NCBI GenBank assembly: GCA_020184695.1
Contig: JAANOX010000238.1
Span: 62,001-126,000 of the forward strand
Origin: Histomonas meleagridis 2922-C6/04-290x
Lineage: Eukaryota > Protista > Parabasalia
Length of the DNA: 64,000 bases
Direction of reading: 5' to 3'
Shown here piece by piece: positions 23,572-36,222 of this stretch (within the stretch, counting starts at the first letter, position 1; the number at the start of each line of letters is the position of its first letter). Under the pieces are notes generated by a model. The model saw nothing but the letters and a program-made list of their open reading frames with translations. It ran no database searches and was not told the origin of the DNA. Position numbers and translations under genes: made by a program.

Positions 23572-24438
23572 TTAAATCCAAAAAGAATCGTCGATTGGAA
23601 AGTTTGCATTAAGATCCGGAGTTTGATTGATAAAATCATTTAGATCATTTTTCTGGTTCGTTGGTTCACTGTCAAATGGGTTCCAATTAAGAATTGAATC
23701 TAATTGCAATGGGTTATTAAGCACCTCAATTTCATGCTTGGAAGCGGAAATTTCCTCAACTTTCTTCGGCATTAATAAATCGAGAACTGTGAATGGATTT
23801 TCTTTCGTTTTTTTATCTTTTTGCTTCCAAATCTGTTCCTTTTTAAATAGTTGCTGATAATGATATCTACATTGTACATCACTTCTATTGCCCATTTGAA
23901 CGGCTATTTTCATCCAATTCTTATCTCCGTACATTTCATAGAAAAGTAACAATTTCTCTTCTTCTTCTGTCGTCCAATGCGATCTAGAGATTTTTGGGTC
24001 TAGAACTCTAATCCATCTTTGTGAACATTGAGACTTTTTCCTTCCATAACCCACAAAATCAGAAACAGCGGGCCAATTCGAAACGCCATACTTATAGACT
24101 GCGTATATTAATCTATTATCTTCATTTATTGTCCATGTTCTTGTCTTTTTCCTTGTAAGGTTATCGTTATATTCATCAACATTATAAGGTATAGGAGGAG
24201 CTATTGTATCAGCACAACTTTGTATTGCTTTTAATCTTTCAAGTACAGTTTCCCCATTTGCGAAACATTGGATAGTTTTTATGGATTTAGAAGGATTAGG
24301 ATTGCTAATAAAATCTAATAAGGCTGATCTGATCTGTTCCTTTATTTCATCACTAAGAGGGTTATTTTCATTGGCTATAAGAGACAAACCAAATTCAACC
24401 AAAAGATTGCTCATGAGATGAATGAAGTGAATATTCAA
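23572..24438 (-). CDS. R2R3 Myb-like transcription factor
   Basis: WTINEDNRL...SQCSQRW and WTTEEEEKL...RSDVQCRYHY repeats. Confidence 0.92.
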   Translation of the reverse strand: MNIHFIHLMSNLLVEFGLSLIANENNPLSDEIKEQIRSALLDFISNPNPSKSIKTIQCFANGETVLERLKAIQSCADTIAPPIPYNVDEYNDNLTRKKTRTWTINEDNRLIYAVYKYGVSNWPAVSDFVGYGRKKSQCSQRWIRVLDPKISRSHWTTEEEEKLLLFYEMYGDKNWMKIAVQMGNRSDVQCRYHYQQLFKKEQIWKQKDKKTKENPFTVLDLLMPKKVEEISASKHEIEVLNNPLQLDSILNWNPFDSEPTNQKNDLNDFINQTPDLNANFPIDDSFWI

Positions 24439-25088
24439 TTATGGCAACTCAAAATTCTAAATAAAACGGTTTTTTCTTTGGTTGGCTGTCAAAATTGAAT
24501 GCTTGGCCTGACCATGAGACAAAAAACTAAAATGGTTTGTCCAATTTCAAAAAATGGAACATTTCAACGACATTTTTTCACTATTTCATGAAAAGATTTT
24601 TTCTGCGTTGCTTTTTTGATTTAACCAGAAACTTTAGACAGATTAAAAAATACAAGTAACTCTTCTAGAAATATTTGTTTTTCGTTTGAAATAACATTTG
24701 AAATAAAAGATTACGTTGTTGAAGTAATAGGTTTGAGTGTACTTGAATTAATTCAAAAAATTATTGTTTGTTTTCTCGCTTTCGATCGATGGTGAAAAAA
24801 GTTTTCAGAAACGATAAAAATGGAAAAAAAGTGGACGATACACATATTAACCATTGAACATGAACAACGTTGAAAAAGGTGATGTAAATATGTTTTTGTG
24901 GTGAAAAAAGAAGAATTCTCCGAAATTTGATGGTAACATTTGCTTAATTACGTATTTTGTAGGCTGTTAATCCTACAAGTAATGACTTATTTAATTAATG
25001 ATTTATGAAAATAAATATGATTTTATGATAATTTGCTTGATAAAACATTATATTCATAAAATATTTCAAGACATAATTATCATATTTA

Positions 25089-25500
25089 TTAATATGTTCG
25101 TTTTTTTCTACATCGACATCTTGACATTTGCTTAATTGTTGTTTTATAACTAGTATATGTTGCTTGCATATATTTAAAAAAAAATAATTTGTAAACTGTA
25201 ACAAAAAGTGAAAAGTGACAAATGTATGATAAGAGTTTTGTGTTCAAAGAAGAAATAAAATTTGAACAACATTCTGTGTGACTCATTTGTGCACTTATGC
25301 AATAATTGCAGAACCACTAACATTTCAGTGGATTATAAAGTATACGTTATGCAGTTAATAATGTACAAAACGTAAGATTGATTGATTATAAACCTGTTTT
25401 ATATTTGTTCAAATACAAATTTATTTTATAAACGAACTTGATTTTTCGAAAAACATTTTTGATTGAGTAAATGCATTAGATTGAGTGATTTTTAAACAGG
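25089..25500 (-). pseudogene. Remnant of an FTQSN-repeat surface protein
   Basis: FTQSNAFTQSK-encoding stretch near 25450-25490, followed by a hydrophobic segment and basic tail in broken frames. Confidence 0.3.
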
Positions 25501-25749
25501 TAAAACATTCACAACTGATATTAGTTGTTTCTTTTTTCGTGTTCGTTTTTATTCTTTTTCATTAGAACGATGAAGGTTAACGTTAATAACGATAAAATTA
25601 ATGTCATTAACAAATTTTAATGTCATTAACAAATTTTAAAATGCATATTGATATGAAATGATAAAATTTAATTAATGACTCATTAACACTTATCGTTGAA
25701 TGACTTCAAATGCTGCAACAATTTATTTTTCAATCATCAATGAATATTT

Positions 25750-26025
25750 TGATCTTATCTTCAGAATCAAAAAAATGTTGAACTTGTAAAATATATCTTA
25801 GAACAAAAAGAATGTAATGTTAATGCTGAAGATATTTGACTATTTTATTTAAAATTTATTTGTATAATATAAAATTTCAAATTTATATTTGGAAATTATT
25901 TGAATTATTATTTTCCATCACTTTATATAGCATCCATAAGCGGCGATGCAGAAATACTTAAGTTACTTCGTGAACAAGAAGGAATTGATGGTCATAATGA
26001 AAACATTCGCCTAATTTTAAATTGA
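25750..26025 (+). pseudogene. Ankyrin fragment with one 4-spacer array
   Basis: VELVKYILEQKECNVNAED-[17]-AAA-[17]-AAA-[17]-GGA-[18]-TTT-PSLYIASISGDAEILKLL; upstream frame disrupted. Confidence 0.75.
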
Positions 26026-26583
26026 TGCCGCAGGCAAAGCCACAGAAAAAGTTGTGATGTCTCTTCAAAAACCTCAGAGGAGCCGTTCAAAAAATAACAT
26101 CATGCCGTTAACGTTTTCCATTCAATATTTCGAAATATTAATATTGAAACTGTATGGATCGCAATTAAATATGTAGCTATTCAATTTTGGTGATTTTTTG
26201 CGTTACTTTACCAAGAAATATGGGGTGAATAAGGGTTTTTCTGCTGGATATGGATTAATCCAGTGGCTATAACAAAATAAAATTATTAATTACAAAAGCT
26301 TAAAAAATTCTTCATTAAATTTTTTGTGGAGCCATTTGGTGTTAAGGTTATAGTGATTTCTCTTATAGGTGGATGAGGTGTAATTTTCAATGAAACATAA
26401 AGAGTTCCAGTTAATTGCTCTGGTTCGAAATTTGCACAAAATTTTTTCTTTAATTTTTCCTTAATGCCATTTCATATTTTGCATTAATCTGAAGTCGACT
26501 TAAATTTGGTTTCTTGGCACGAAGTCTCAAAACATAACAAAAATTCAAAATTTTCACAATACATCAAAACATTTACAAACATT

Positions 26584-29500
26584 TCAGTCGTATTCGAACT
26601 CGTCGCTAGATTCCCATTTTCTTGTTCTTCTACTTCTTCCACCGCTACTTTCGTCGTCTTCCAATTCCACCTCATCATCATCATCCTCCGTATCATCGTC
26701 GGTTGGTCTGAAATCGCTATCGTCGGAGTAATTTGCCTTCACTTTATCCCTTACCACAAAGTCGTCACTTTTGTAGTAATTTCTCTTTTTCTTTCCGCTG
26801 TTAACGTTCTCGCTCAAGTTCACGAACTCTTCATCGTCGTCACTCAAATCGTTTTTGAATTCATCGTCGTCACTTTTGCTTTCCGACGATTCAATTTCAT
26901 CGTAGTTAACGTAATCCGAATTTCTAATTTTGTTCAGCGCGTTCTTTTGCGCCTTTTCTTGTTCTCTTTTCTTAATTTCCTTTTCGTGTAACAACAAATT
27001 CTTCTTTTCTTCAACTTCGTCATCGAATTTGGAGAAGTCCAAAAACTGTTTATAATCATTTGGATGATTTAACACGTATAAAAGTTTGTCGACTAATATT
27101 TGTATTGATATTACATTGTTTTCGTCGTCGATTATCTTTTGCGTTTCGATGACTTGTAATATATCAAATTTAAGTCCGTCGATGTTACGGTAAAAGTTAT
27201 TTTCGATTCGGCGTTTGATTAGCCCTAAGTCCGATGGATAAACAATGTAATTACTAAACTTAGGCTGCTTAAAGAAGGTACGTAATGTTCGATTTCGTTG
27301 CGCTGCTTCGATCACTTTATAGATCGCGTCGAATTTGATCTTTAGTTCCGGTGTTGGCAATGGATATTTAAATACGATTTCGTCGTTAACAGAATAAAAT
27401 TCCCACGGAGAAAGAAACTCAGTGACTTCTTCGCCCCAATCGATTTCAACCGAATTAAACAAATTCGTTTTGTTCAGCTTAAGAAGAACTTTGCCAGTGT
27501 ACGCTGTTTCGATCCCATTATGTCGATAATATGCCACAATTTCATCATTAACTTTGAGCTTGTTATAGACATTTGAAGCTGATTTGAAGTGTAAAGCTTC
27601 GATTAAGAAATATGGAGCATCACTTAATGCATAATTAAATGTACGGATTGGCTCGTTTTGATTGATCTCTAATGAATCAATGTTGTTGAGCTCTTCTAAA
27701 AATATGTTCGTGTTTGGCGGTAAAGAATTTTGATTTTTCAAATTTAATTTTAACATTTGTATCTCACAATAATACTTGGAATAATTGATGTTGATGATTT
27801 GAAATATGCTGATCTCAGGCCAATATAACTCATTGGTGAAATCTGGAGTAATGTTTTGGAATAATGAGGAATCATTTTTTAACATGTCAATATGACCTTC
27901 TCTAATATAAATTACTTTGTCTTGACATTGTGGGAAATAAGTTCCACGATTAGTAGAAATTAATGTTGTCCAAAATGGGTAATGATTCATTGGTTTCGAT
28001 TCTTCATTTTCACTTGATACTTCATCTTCTTCATCGCTAAAGATTGCTTCTGCTTCTTCAGTTAAGATTTTGTTTAATTTCTTCTCTTTGATGGAATTTT
28101 CTTCTTCATCTTCGGCGGTTATTATTTCATCGGTTTTTGATGCGTATTTTGAAAGCCATTGAATTTCGTACAAAACCGACTTTTTGGATTGTGAGTGAAG
28201 AGAATTGGGCAGAAAAATGTCAGTGAATTCGTACGGATGATAATCAGTAATAAGAAGTTCCAAATGTGAGTTAACAATTTGATCGCGTGGATTTAAATGA
28301 ACTAATGTGTGAGTCTTTTCTTCAACTTGTCCTTTAGGATCTTCCCATTCACTTGGCGTAAAGTCTGAAGGAAAAAAATATTCGGAAACTTTACATATCG
28401 ATGGGGTTTGAATTTGTGATTCATTTTGTAATCGAAATGTATAAAAGCCGCCGTTGTCACCAGCATAAAATTTTATCCCGTTAGAGTCCCAACATCCACT
28501 TGAAAGTTTTGATCCTTCACATGGAATCATTTGAGTATTAATTATTTTCCCAATTTCACAATTTACAAAAATCACAGATTGCTTTGTGACTAATGCAACG
28601 ATTTCATTTATAAAGACATGTGGACAAATTGTAACAATATTTGTTAAATTTTCAATTTTGGATAATAATGATCCATCTGATTGAGCCCAAGTAACTAATG
28701 TTGTTGACGAACAACAAAAAACTAAAGAAGAATCGCACGATAATGAAAACAAACATTGGCCATATCGTTTAAAAATTTGTCGGCCATTAAATTCTTGTAA
28801 CATTCGAAGTTTATCAGTGATTTCCCACATTGAAGCGACCCCAGACTTCGAAGAATAAGTGAAAATTAAGGTAGAAATTGTTGGATGAAATGAACAATAA
28901 TCACATGAACCATCACAAATATTAGTTGTCCAAAGGCAATTATTGTAAACAGAAAAAACAGCTAATACGCCATGTTCTAAAGCTACTGCAATTAGATTTT
29001 CACCTGGCGAAAAACAGCAATGTTTAACCGGAAACCGTAAATTAACGGTCTTTACGTGATTTGGTGATAAACCAGTCGATTTCGTGGAATCGAAGCCTTC
29101 CATTGACCAAATAAACACACGACCCTTTTCTGTGGTTGCTGCTAATAAATCACCATTAGGTGAAAATGTTATAGATTTAAATAATGATGAAGATTTATCT
29201 GTAATGACATCTAAACAAGCACCATTTATAAGAGACCAAATTCTAATGGTCTTGTCTTGTGAAATTGTTGCAATAAAGGTTCGATTAGAAGAAACAGAAA
29301 TCGCTGTAATGGAATCTTGATGACCTTTATATGTAAACATTAGGCTAAGAGTATTGGCATGCCAAAGCTTCATCACTGAATCATCAGAAGCTGTAAGAAT
29401 GAAATGTGATGCTGGATCAGAATAAATTACTTTTACACCACGAGTATGTCCAACAACTCGATGAGTAAGTTTAATTCTACTTAGATTTCGTTTGATTAAT

Positions 29501-29784
29501 TCGTTGTGCTTTTTTCTTGGCGAAGAAAAAAAATTTTGAGATTGCTTAAATGGATTTGGATTATAAATAATTGATGGATAATCTGTCTTTGGAATTTCTG
29601 AGTTTACAAGAACATGAAAAAAATCTTTTGGTAAAGTTGAAATAGTAATATCCAAGTTCATCAAAGATTGTTCATTTTCAAATGCTTCTGTTTTATATTC
29701 TTCTGCAATGCTTGGATCAAGCGATTGGAGAAAACTATAAATGAATGTTTTAGCTTCATTGTCTACTTGGGTTTCAACATCCAT
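26584..29784 (-). CDS. WD40 + bromodomain protein (BRWD/PHIP-like)
   Basis: GH...WD-type repeats (ILTASDDSVMKLWH, ATISQDKTIRIWS); bromodomain-like YPSDLGLIKRRIENNFYR; acidic tail. Confidence 0.82.
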   Translation of the reverse strand: MDVETQVDNEAKTFIYSFLQSLDPSIAEEYKTEAFENEQSLMNLDITISTLPKDFFHVLVNSEIPKTDYPSIIYNPNPFKQSQNFFSSPRKKHNELIKRNLSRIKLTHRVVGHTRGVKVIYSDPASHFILTASDDSVMKLWHANTLSLMFTYKGHQDSITAISVSSNRTFIATISQDKTIRIWSLINGACLDVITDKSSSLFKSITFSPNGDLLAATTEKGRVFIWSMEGFDSTKSTGLSPNHVKTVNLRFPVKHCCFSPGENLIAVALEHGVLAVFSVYNNCLWTTNICDGSCDYCSFHPTISTLIFTYSSKSGVASMWEITDKLRMLQEFNGRQIFKRYGQCLFSLSCDSSLVFCCSSTTLVTWAQSDGSLLSKIENLTNIVTICPHVFINEIVALVTKQSVIFVNCEIGKIINTQMIPCEGSKLSSGCWDSNGIKFYAGDNGGFYTFRLQNESQIQTPSICKVSEYFFPSDFTPSEWEDPKGQVEEKTHTLVHLNPRDQIVNSHLELLITDYHPYEFTDIFLPNSLHSQSKKSVLYEIQWLSKYASKTDEIITAEDEEENSIKEKKLNKILTEEAEAIFSDEEDEVSSENEESKPMNHYPFWTTLISTNRGTYFPQCQDKVIYIREGHIDMLKNDSSLFQNITPDFTNELYWPEISIFQIININYSKYYCEIQMLKLNLKNQNSLPPNTNIFLEELNNIDSLEINQNEPIRTFNYALSDAPYFLIEALHFKSASNVYNKLKVNDEIVAYYRHNGIETAYTGKVLLKLNKTNLFNSVEIDWGEEVTEFLSPWEFYSVNDEIVFKYPLPTPELKIKFDAIYKVIEAAQRNRTLRTFFKQPKFSNYIVYPSDLGLIKRRIENNFYRNIDGLKFDILQVIETQKIIDDENNVISIQILVDKLLYVLNHPNDYKQFLDFSKFDDEVEEKKNLLLHEKEIKKREQEKAQKNALNKIRNSDYVNYDEIESSESKSDDDEFKNDLSDDDEEFVNLSENVNSGKKKRNYYKSDDFVVRDKVKANYSDDSDFRPTDDDTEDDDDEVELEDDESSGGRSRRTRKWESSDEFEYD

Positions 29785-30863
29785 TTAATGCATAAATAAA
29801 CCATTGAATAAAAATTGGAATCCAAAAATAAATGATTCATCTTAAGATTGTTCAAAGCAAATAAATCAGTTTTAAATTACGTTTTATAGAAAGTAAAATG
29901 AAATTTTCTTGGTTTTATAAACTTACAAGAATTAGTGTGGTTTGATACGCCACCATCTGATCAGGGAATTCGTACGTTTAGATTTTTTTTTTTTTTTTGG
30001 AATAAAATAAGGTTTTTGCAAGATCAAAAAAAATTTACAGCTATATATGAAAAAAATAAGCTTTCATTTATTTAAAAAAAATTATGATAAAATCATTATC
30101 TAAATTTAAGTTTTTTGTTATGTGATATTGATAATTTCAATTTTGCTCAGTGTACACAATACATTATCAGCAATCATTTGGAGGTTAATTTCTTCAATAA
30201 GGTGTCTCCTTATTTTATTAGTCTTAGCGAATAATTCCAAGGTCATAATTATCGATTTTTGAAACTCAAATATCTTGTAATGCATCAAAAATTTTTTAAA
30301 ATAAACTGCATTACTCGATATAAAAACAATTCAGAAAAATCTATTTTGCTTTGAAGTCGGATTTTTTGAAACAAAAATGGAAGAAAAAATAGTTTGTTTT
30401 TTTATTTTTATGTTTTTTTTCACATCAGCTTAATATTTTAAGATTAAAATGGTTGCAATCAATTGGAAATTTTCCCGAATATGTGTTATAAATATGAAGC
30501 AAATTTATTTAATGTATTGTAAGATATAAATATTTGTCATCTTTTAAATTCAAAATATTTGCAACATTTATATATCAGCATCTACAATATGTTTTGGAAT
30601 GAAGTGTACATTTTATCAGTACCAAGATCTTTACAGGCTGTAATAATTTGACTTTTAAAAACTCCAATATGAATCCCCGATTATCGAATTCAGTGGCAAA
30701 AATTTGTATCCGGCGAATTGAATGGACATGAGGGTGCCCGTTTATACAGACATGCAAGCTTTTTATAATCTATATGTAAACTTTTTAAAATGCACATGTA
30801 AACTTTTCAAAAAAATTGACAATTTTCGTCCCCTTTGAAAGTACTCAATTGTTATAACCCCAG

Positions 30864-33800
30864 ATGGAAACAACAGCACAACAACAAATCAAACAATGTT
30901 TCTTGTTTCTTCGTCAAAATAACAATGAAAACATTCAATTTGCGTCCAAATGGCTTGATGAATTTTATTCTCAGCCAATATCGGTATATTCATTAATTTT
31001 ATTTTACCAATCGTCTGAGGATCAAGCAGATCGTTTTCATGCGGCGGTTGCGTTAAGTACTTCAATACAACGAAATTGGCCAAAATATAATGCAGAGACA
31101 AGAGAAAAATTATTTATATCTCTTTTAAATCTTTTAGTTAGAGAAAGCGTTTGGGTTGTACGGACTAACCTTATAAATGCTGTTCAATTAGCAATGGTTA
31201 ATGAATTAGGTCCTTTACTTTTCCAATTTATTGTTCAGGCAGCAGCGAATGGTAGTGATTCATACTTAGAAATTGCTCTTCTGCTAGGTCCCTTGGTTGT
31301 TGGTGCCTCTGAACAAGTTAATATTTTTTTTGTTGAGTTAATAGATCGAGGATATAATTCAACTATATTAGAAGTTCAATTAGCAGCCTTTGAATTCATG
31401 GTATACTTTACCAATTTCCCGCAATATCAACAATCACTTGAGAAATATCAACAATATCAAATGATAGTATTAGGACTTTTAGACAAAACGTTTGACGATA
31501 ATCACATGGCGTTATGCCGTATCAAAAACCTTATAGTATATGCCTTTGATATTAATCAAATTCCCAAGAACCCGTTAATTTTCATCCAAAAGTGCCTATC
31601 GTTCTTCCAACTTCCTAATCCTAATGTTGATTCCCTTATGATAATATATGAAATTATCCAATGCATTTGTCATAATTTCCCTAATGAAATCCTAGAAACC
31701 AATTTATTTTTACCTATTGTTCAAGTCTCCTTTTATTTATCAACACGTATTTATAATCGAACAGATTCATATTCATTATCAAATGCCGATTTTTTTGTAC
31801 CAGTAATTTCTGACTTATGTAAATCACATTTAGTATTAAATGAATTATGGAATATCTGTACGCAAATATCAGCGACAGAACAAGGAAAACTATTTTCATG
31901 TTTTTGTTTTTCAACAACGTGTAAAATATTTCCCGAATTTTATTATGATAAATTACCACAATTTACTGAATTACTTTGTATCTGTTTAACAGGTTCATCT
32001 TTGTTATTATGTGAAGTATCCGCACGTGTCACCAAACGATTTATTAAATGTTTCGGTAGTCAATCAGAGTATACTGATAGTATCATCACTGCATTATTTC
32101 GATCATTTTCATGTCATTTAAATTCTGATTTGTTATTAATATTCGCACGGCTATTAGACCTAACTAAAAACAGTGATTATATATTCGATGAAGCTTATGC
32201 ATTTCTAATAAATGTTTTAACTAATATTCGGAATTTCGAATTACAATCATCAGCTTTAACATGCTTAGCATCACTTTCAAGTAGTTCTACATTAAAAATT
32301 GCGGTATATTTCCAACAACTATATCAAGTATTAAAAGAAATTCTTCTATCACAAAACGAATCAAATGCACAACTAAAATCATTTGCTATAGTTTGTTTAT
32401 CACATGCGTCAACTAATTTAGGCGAAATATTCGAGCCACATGTTATCGAAGTCAGTGAATTTTGTATCAAAAACTTAAACAATTCGAATGATATATCATT
32501 AGCTATTTCATGTTATTCGTCACTTGAATTAATAATACAAAAATATCCATTAACATTTAAACCTTTAAATAATATAATATTACCGATTCTATGTGAAGCC
32601 GCATCAATAAATTATAATCAATTATATCGATCAACTATTGCTAAGTCGATTGATATGTTAGAGTTAGGTACGGATGCTTCACAGTTGTTTGATTTCGATG
32701 CTGATAATGTTCCACAATTTATTGCGAGTTCTTTAGCGTTAAGAATTTTAAGCATTTTGGTGAAAAATAACGTTGGTGAACTTGTCCATAAGTATACAAT
32801 GTATATAATGAATTGTTGTGAAATGCAAAAGGATTCGGTTTCTTACGTCTGTAAATCTGCAACATGTTTCGCAATTGGTAATTTGGCGGAATCATTAGTT
32901 AATCATCACTTCGGTTCATTCGCTGCGATTCCTGATCAAATGGGAAGTATATTAGTCGATATAATACCAAATAAAGTCAGCGATAAAAATGATCGAAGAA
33001 TTGCAATCGACGCATTTGACGCCGCTAAAAAACTTGTCGAATGGTTGGACTATGATTCTTTGCCGAATACTTTAAGGCCTTTGTTAGAAATAGCTTATAA
33101 GTACTTGGCGAAAATTTATGAGAAAAATGAAAACGAAACTTTTTCAAAAGAACTCGTCGAGAACGTTTATTCGTTTATTAACATGACAATTATGTCGGCC
33201 GAAAAAGAAAGCCCTCAATTACTTCAGAACTTTTTGCCGTTGTTTATGAAATATTCTGAGAAACCGCCGTTCCGTTCAATTGCAGCGCGCTTTTTCGGAG
33301 ACATGATATCGGTCGGTTCGCACTTTTTGGACGAGCCGTTTAAGGTGAACGTTATGAACTTTGCCTTAGAATTGGCCGATAAGGAGAACGATACGTATTC
33401 TTTTTCGTGTATCAAAGACATGATATTAAAAGAAAAAGAAATCACGTTAAGGTTTGGGCAAAAGATTTGTGAGTTATGTTTAGCTAAATTAATGATACCA
33501 GTTGTTAAAACTGAAAAATTTTTATTGATGAGAGATAATTGCATTGTTACATTTGTCGCATATATTATGAATATTGGAACGGAATCAATTAACTTGGACA
33601 TAGTGTTGCCGAATATCTTAAATGCGTTACCATTAGTTATTGATTATTCTGAAAATTTGATGATCGCCGATTTCTTAATTTGGACATTTAACTTGGAAAA
33701 TGGGAAATTTGCGGAGTTCATTTTGAGGCCGTTGATTATAATATTCGCTAATCCGCCTTCGATAATTGCGAGGTTCCAATTTAGCGAACAAAATCAAATC

Positions 33801-33947
33801 GAAATGTTTAAGATCCTTTACTTCTTGCTATCAAATCAATCGGATCCAAAGCAAATTATTGGAAGCGTGCTCGAGGATGACGAACTAAGAGCTAATTACC
33901 TTCAATCGAATGTAGAAAGTATGCGGCAAAGATATTCATCTGCTTAA
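30864..33947 (+). CDS. Karyopherin-beta/importin-like HEAT-repeat protein
   Basis: 1027 aa all-helical ORF with an IBN_N-like N-terminus (FHAAVALSTSIQRNW). Confidence 0.7.
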   Translation: METTAQQQIKQCFLFLRQNNNENIQFASKWLDEFYSQPISVYSLILFYQSSEDQADRFHAAVALSTSIQRNWPKYNAETREKLFISLLNLLVRESVWVVRTNLINAVQLAMVNELGPLLFQFIVQAAANGSDSYLEIALLLGPLVVGASEQVNIFFVELIDRGYNSTILEVQLAAFEFMVYFTNFPQYQQSLEKYQQYQMIVLGLLDKTFDDNHMALCRIKNLIVYAFDINQIPKNPLIFIQKCLSFFQLPNPNVDSLMIIYEIIQCICHNFPNEILETNLFLPIVQVSFYLSTRIYNRTDSYSLSNADFFVPVISDLCKSHLVLNELWNICTQISATEQGKLFSCFCFSTTCKIFPEFYYDKLPQFTELLCICLTGSSLLLCEVSARVTKRFIKCFGSQSEYTDSIITALFRSFSCHLNSDLLLIFARLLDLTKNSDYIFDEAYAFLINVLTNIRNFELQSSALTCLASLSSSSTLKIAVYFQQLYQVLKEILLSQNESNAQLKSFAIVCLSHASTNLGEIFEPHVIEVSEFCIKNLNNSNDISLAISCYSSLELIIQKYPLTFKPLNNIILPILCEAASINYNQLYRSTIAKSIDMLELGTDASQLFDFDADNVPQFIASSLALRILSILVKNNVGELVHKYTMYIMNCCEMQKDSVSYVCKSATCFAIGNLAESLVNHHFGSFAAIPDQMGSILVDIIPNKVSDKNDRRIAIDAFDAAKKLVEWLDYDSLPNTLRPLLEIAYKYLAKIYEKNENETFSKELVENVYSFINMTIMSAEKESPQLLQNFLPLFMKYSEKPPFRSIAARFFGDMISVGSHFLDEPFKVNVMNFALELADKENDTYSFSCIKDMILKEKEITLRFGQKICELCLAKLMIPVVKTEKFLLMRDNCIVTFVAYIMNIGTESINLDIVLPNILNALPLVIDYSENLMIADFLIWTFNLENGKFAEFILRPLIIIFANPPSIIARFQFSEQNQIEMFKILYFLLSNQSDPKQIIGSVLEDDELRANYLQSNVESMRQRYSSA

Positions 33948-34379
33948 TTTTTGTTGTAAATGTTACATATGTTTGGTTTGTTTGCGTGAATTTTGTTTTT
34001 GTTTTGGATTTAAAATATTAATAAATAAATGTTCTTTCTTTAGTATTATTTTAGTAGAATTTGAATTATAATTCAAGAGTAGCAAAAATTATAATGCTTT
34101 TGGTTTATAAACTATATTATTGGTGAAAATTATGAATCTTTTTTTTTTTTTTATACTATATTCAACGTTTGGTCCCTTTAAATATAAAACCCAAAGTAAT
34201 GCTTATAATGGATAAAATATATATGTGAATGCAAATTTAAATAATTTAACATTCTTGAATAATTATGCATCATAACAGTTATGATATATTTATACAGATA
34301 TTATTTATTTGATTATTTTTTTCTTCAAATAAATTACAATATAAAAACATTTAAAAATATAAGTAAATTTATGGTCATC

Positions 34380-35290
34380 AAGCATTAGATCTTAAGATAT
34401 CTTACTTTTAGGTTATATATAAAACTCATTGAAAATAATTCTTCAATTTCAGGTTTGTTATGCTTTTTATAAAATACGTGTGATGTATAGGTTTTAGTAT
34501 ATGGATTTGATTTAGTATAAATGTTAGATTGAGTAAATTTTTAAGATCCTGTATTAAATATTGATGAAGGAATCAATTTAAGACCTTCAATAAATGCTAC
34601 TGATGTCAAACAAGAACAATACCGAAATACACCGCTATCAAAACTTGGAATATCTGATTTTAGATCCAATTTTTTTGGGTTATTGCATTGATAAAAAGCT
34701 TCAGATTTAATTGTTGTAACAGAACTAGGAATTGTCAGCTCTATTAAGTTATAGCATTATGTAAACGATTTAGTTTCTATAGAAGTAAGAGTTTTGGAGA
34801 ACGTGATGTTTGTTAATTTGTAACAATTATAAAATGCATTTGTCAAAATGGCACTAACATTTTGACCAAATTCTACAGTTACAAGTTCTTGGCAATGATA
34901 AAACGCTCAATTTCCAAAATTATTATTTTGTACTCCCGTTTCCAATTGTAACTGAAATTAATATCAAGCATCTTGTGAATGCATCATCACCTATCGAAAC
35001 CACAGAATCAGGAATTATAATTATACGCAACATTTCGCATGTATAAAAAGCAGAGTCCTAAATCCTTTTCAGATTTTGAAGTGCTTCCAAGCTATCGCAA
35101 GAAAAAATAAATTTGATCCAATTGTAAAGAGAAAGCCTAGGAATTGACAATTGCTGAACTGTAGTTTGAAAAGTTGCTTTGATAAATTGTCGGCATATTC
35201 GTAATCTCGAATTTCTATTCATACCTGAGAGAAAAGCCATTGCAGCAAACAACATCATTTTCATTATCTCAAAAATCAAAGAATACAAAA
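34380..35290 (-). pseudogene. BspA-like leucine-rich-repeat (LRR_5) remnant
   Basis: IIIPDSVVSIGDDAF..C and IPSSVTTIKSEAF..C type repeats with multiple stops and frameshifts. Confidence 0.75.
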
Positions 35291-36222
35291 AATCTTAGAA
35301 TTTGGAATTGCACAGAATTTTGAATAATTTACTGCATTTAAACTCATTCCCAAAAATCCGTAGGTATTTATTTTGCTATAACATTCCTTGTTATAATCAT
35401 AAAAAGAAATATGAAGAAAAAGCTAAAAGTAACTAAGAGACAAAAAATCTCACCAATATATTAACTGAATATATTCTAAATAAAATGAATTCATTGAAAA
35501 TTTTCACCATTTATGCATCCTTAATATTTTGTACATTATGAAATCGATTCTAATATTTAAAGTATTTAATGATCCAGCAACTAATTGAAATTCTCCCAAG
35601 GATATAGTTTTCTTTACATTTACGGATTCATTTACAAAGTCAAGATTTATAAAATAAATTTCTAACTTTTACAAAATTATATATAGCAGCAAAGTGTTTT
35701 ATCTTTGACACTAATATATTAATATATTTTTATTTTGAAAAACTTAAAAGTTAAATTGAAAATTATCAAAAAATTTGATCAAAAATATCTTTTTGAATTG
35801 AGCTCAAAAATTTCATTTCCACTATTCAACCATTTCCTTATAGGCAATCTGATAGATTTTTTTTATTAAAATAAATTTTATTTAATGATATAAATTTTGT
35901 CTCGTAGAAATGTGTCCTCGTGAAGCCTTTTTGACAGGGTTTGCTTGGTGATAGGAAAGTTGGTTTATTCAAAATTGAATTATCTCCCCCACAACCGATA
36001 AAATAATGCTTGAAACTCATATTCCTCAAAGCAAATATCCTATTTAATGAATAATATTAAATTGATAGAGAAGTAATTTTTTATTATTAAAGTGTTATTC
36101 AAATATTTTGCTTTTTTATTGGAAAATTTTTATTTTGAGTTCCAATTTATTGGCATAATATCGTATTCAAAATTCGGCCACACAACATTCAAAATTCAAT
36201 TGCTACTGGCCATTTTTATACA

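Noticed and set aside
29981-29998. Long poly-T tract as a Pol III terminator or retro-insertion tail
   Set aside because: No recognisable tRNA or ncRNA boxes or target-site duplication; T-runs are common in this genome.
34380-35290. 17-nt spacers as the explanation for the broken BspA, actin-like and mariner frames
   Set aside because: Those breaks look like point stops and small indels, with no 20-nt periodicity seen by eye.
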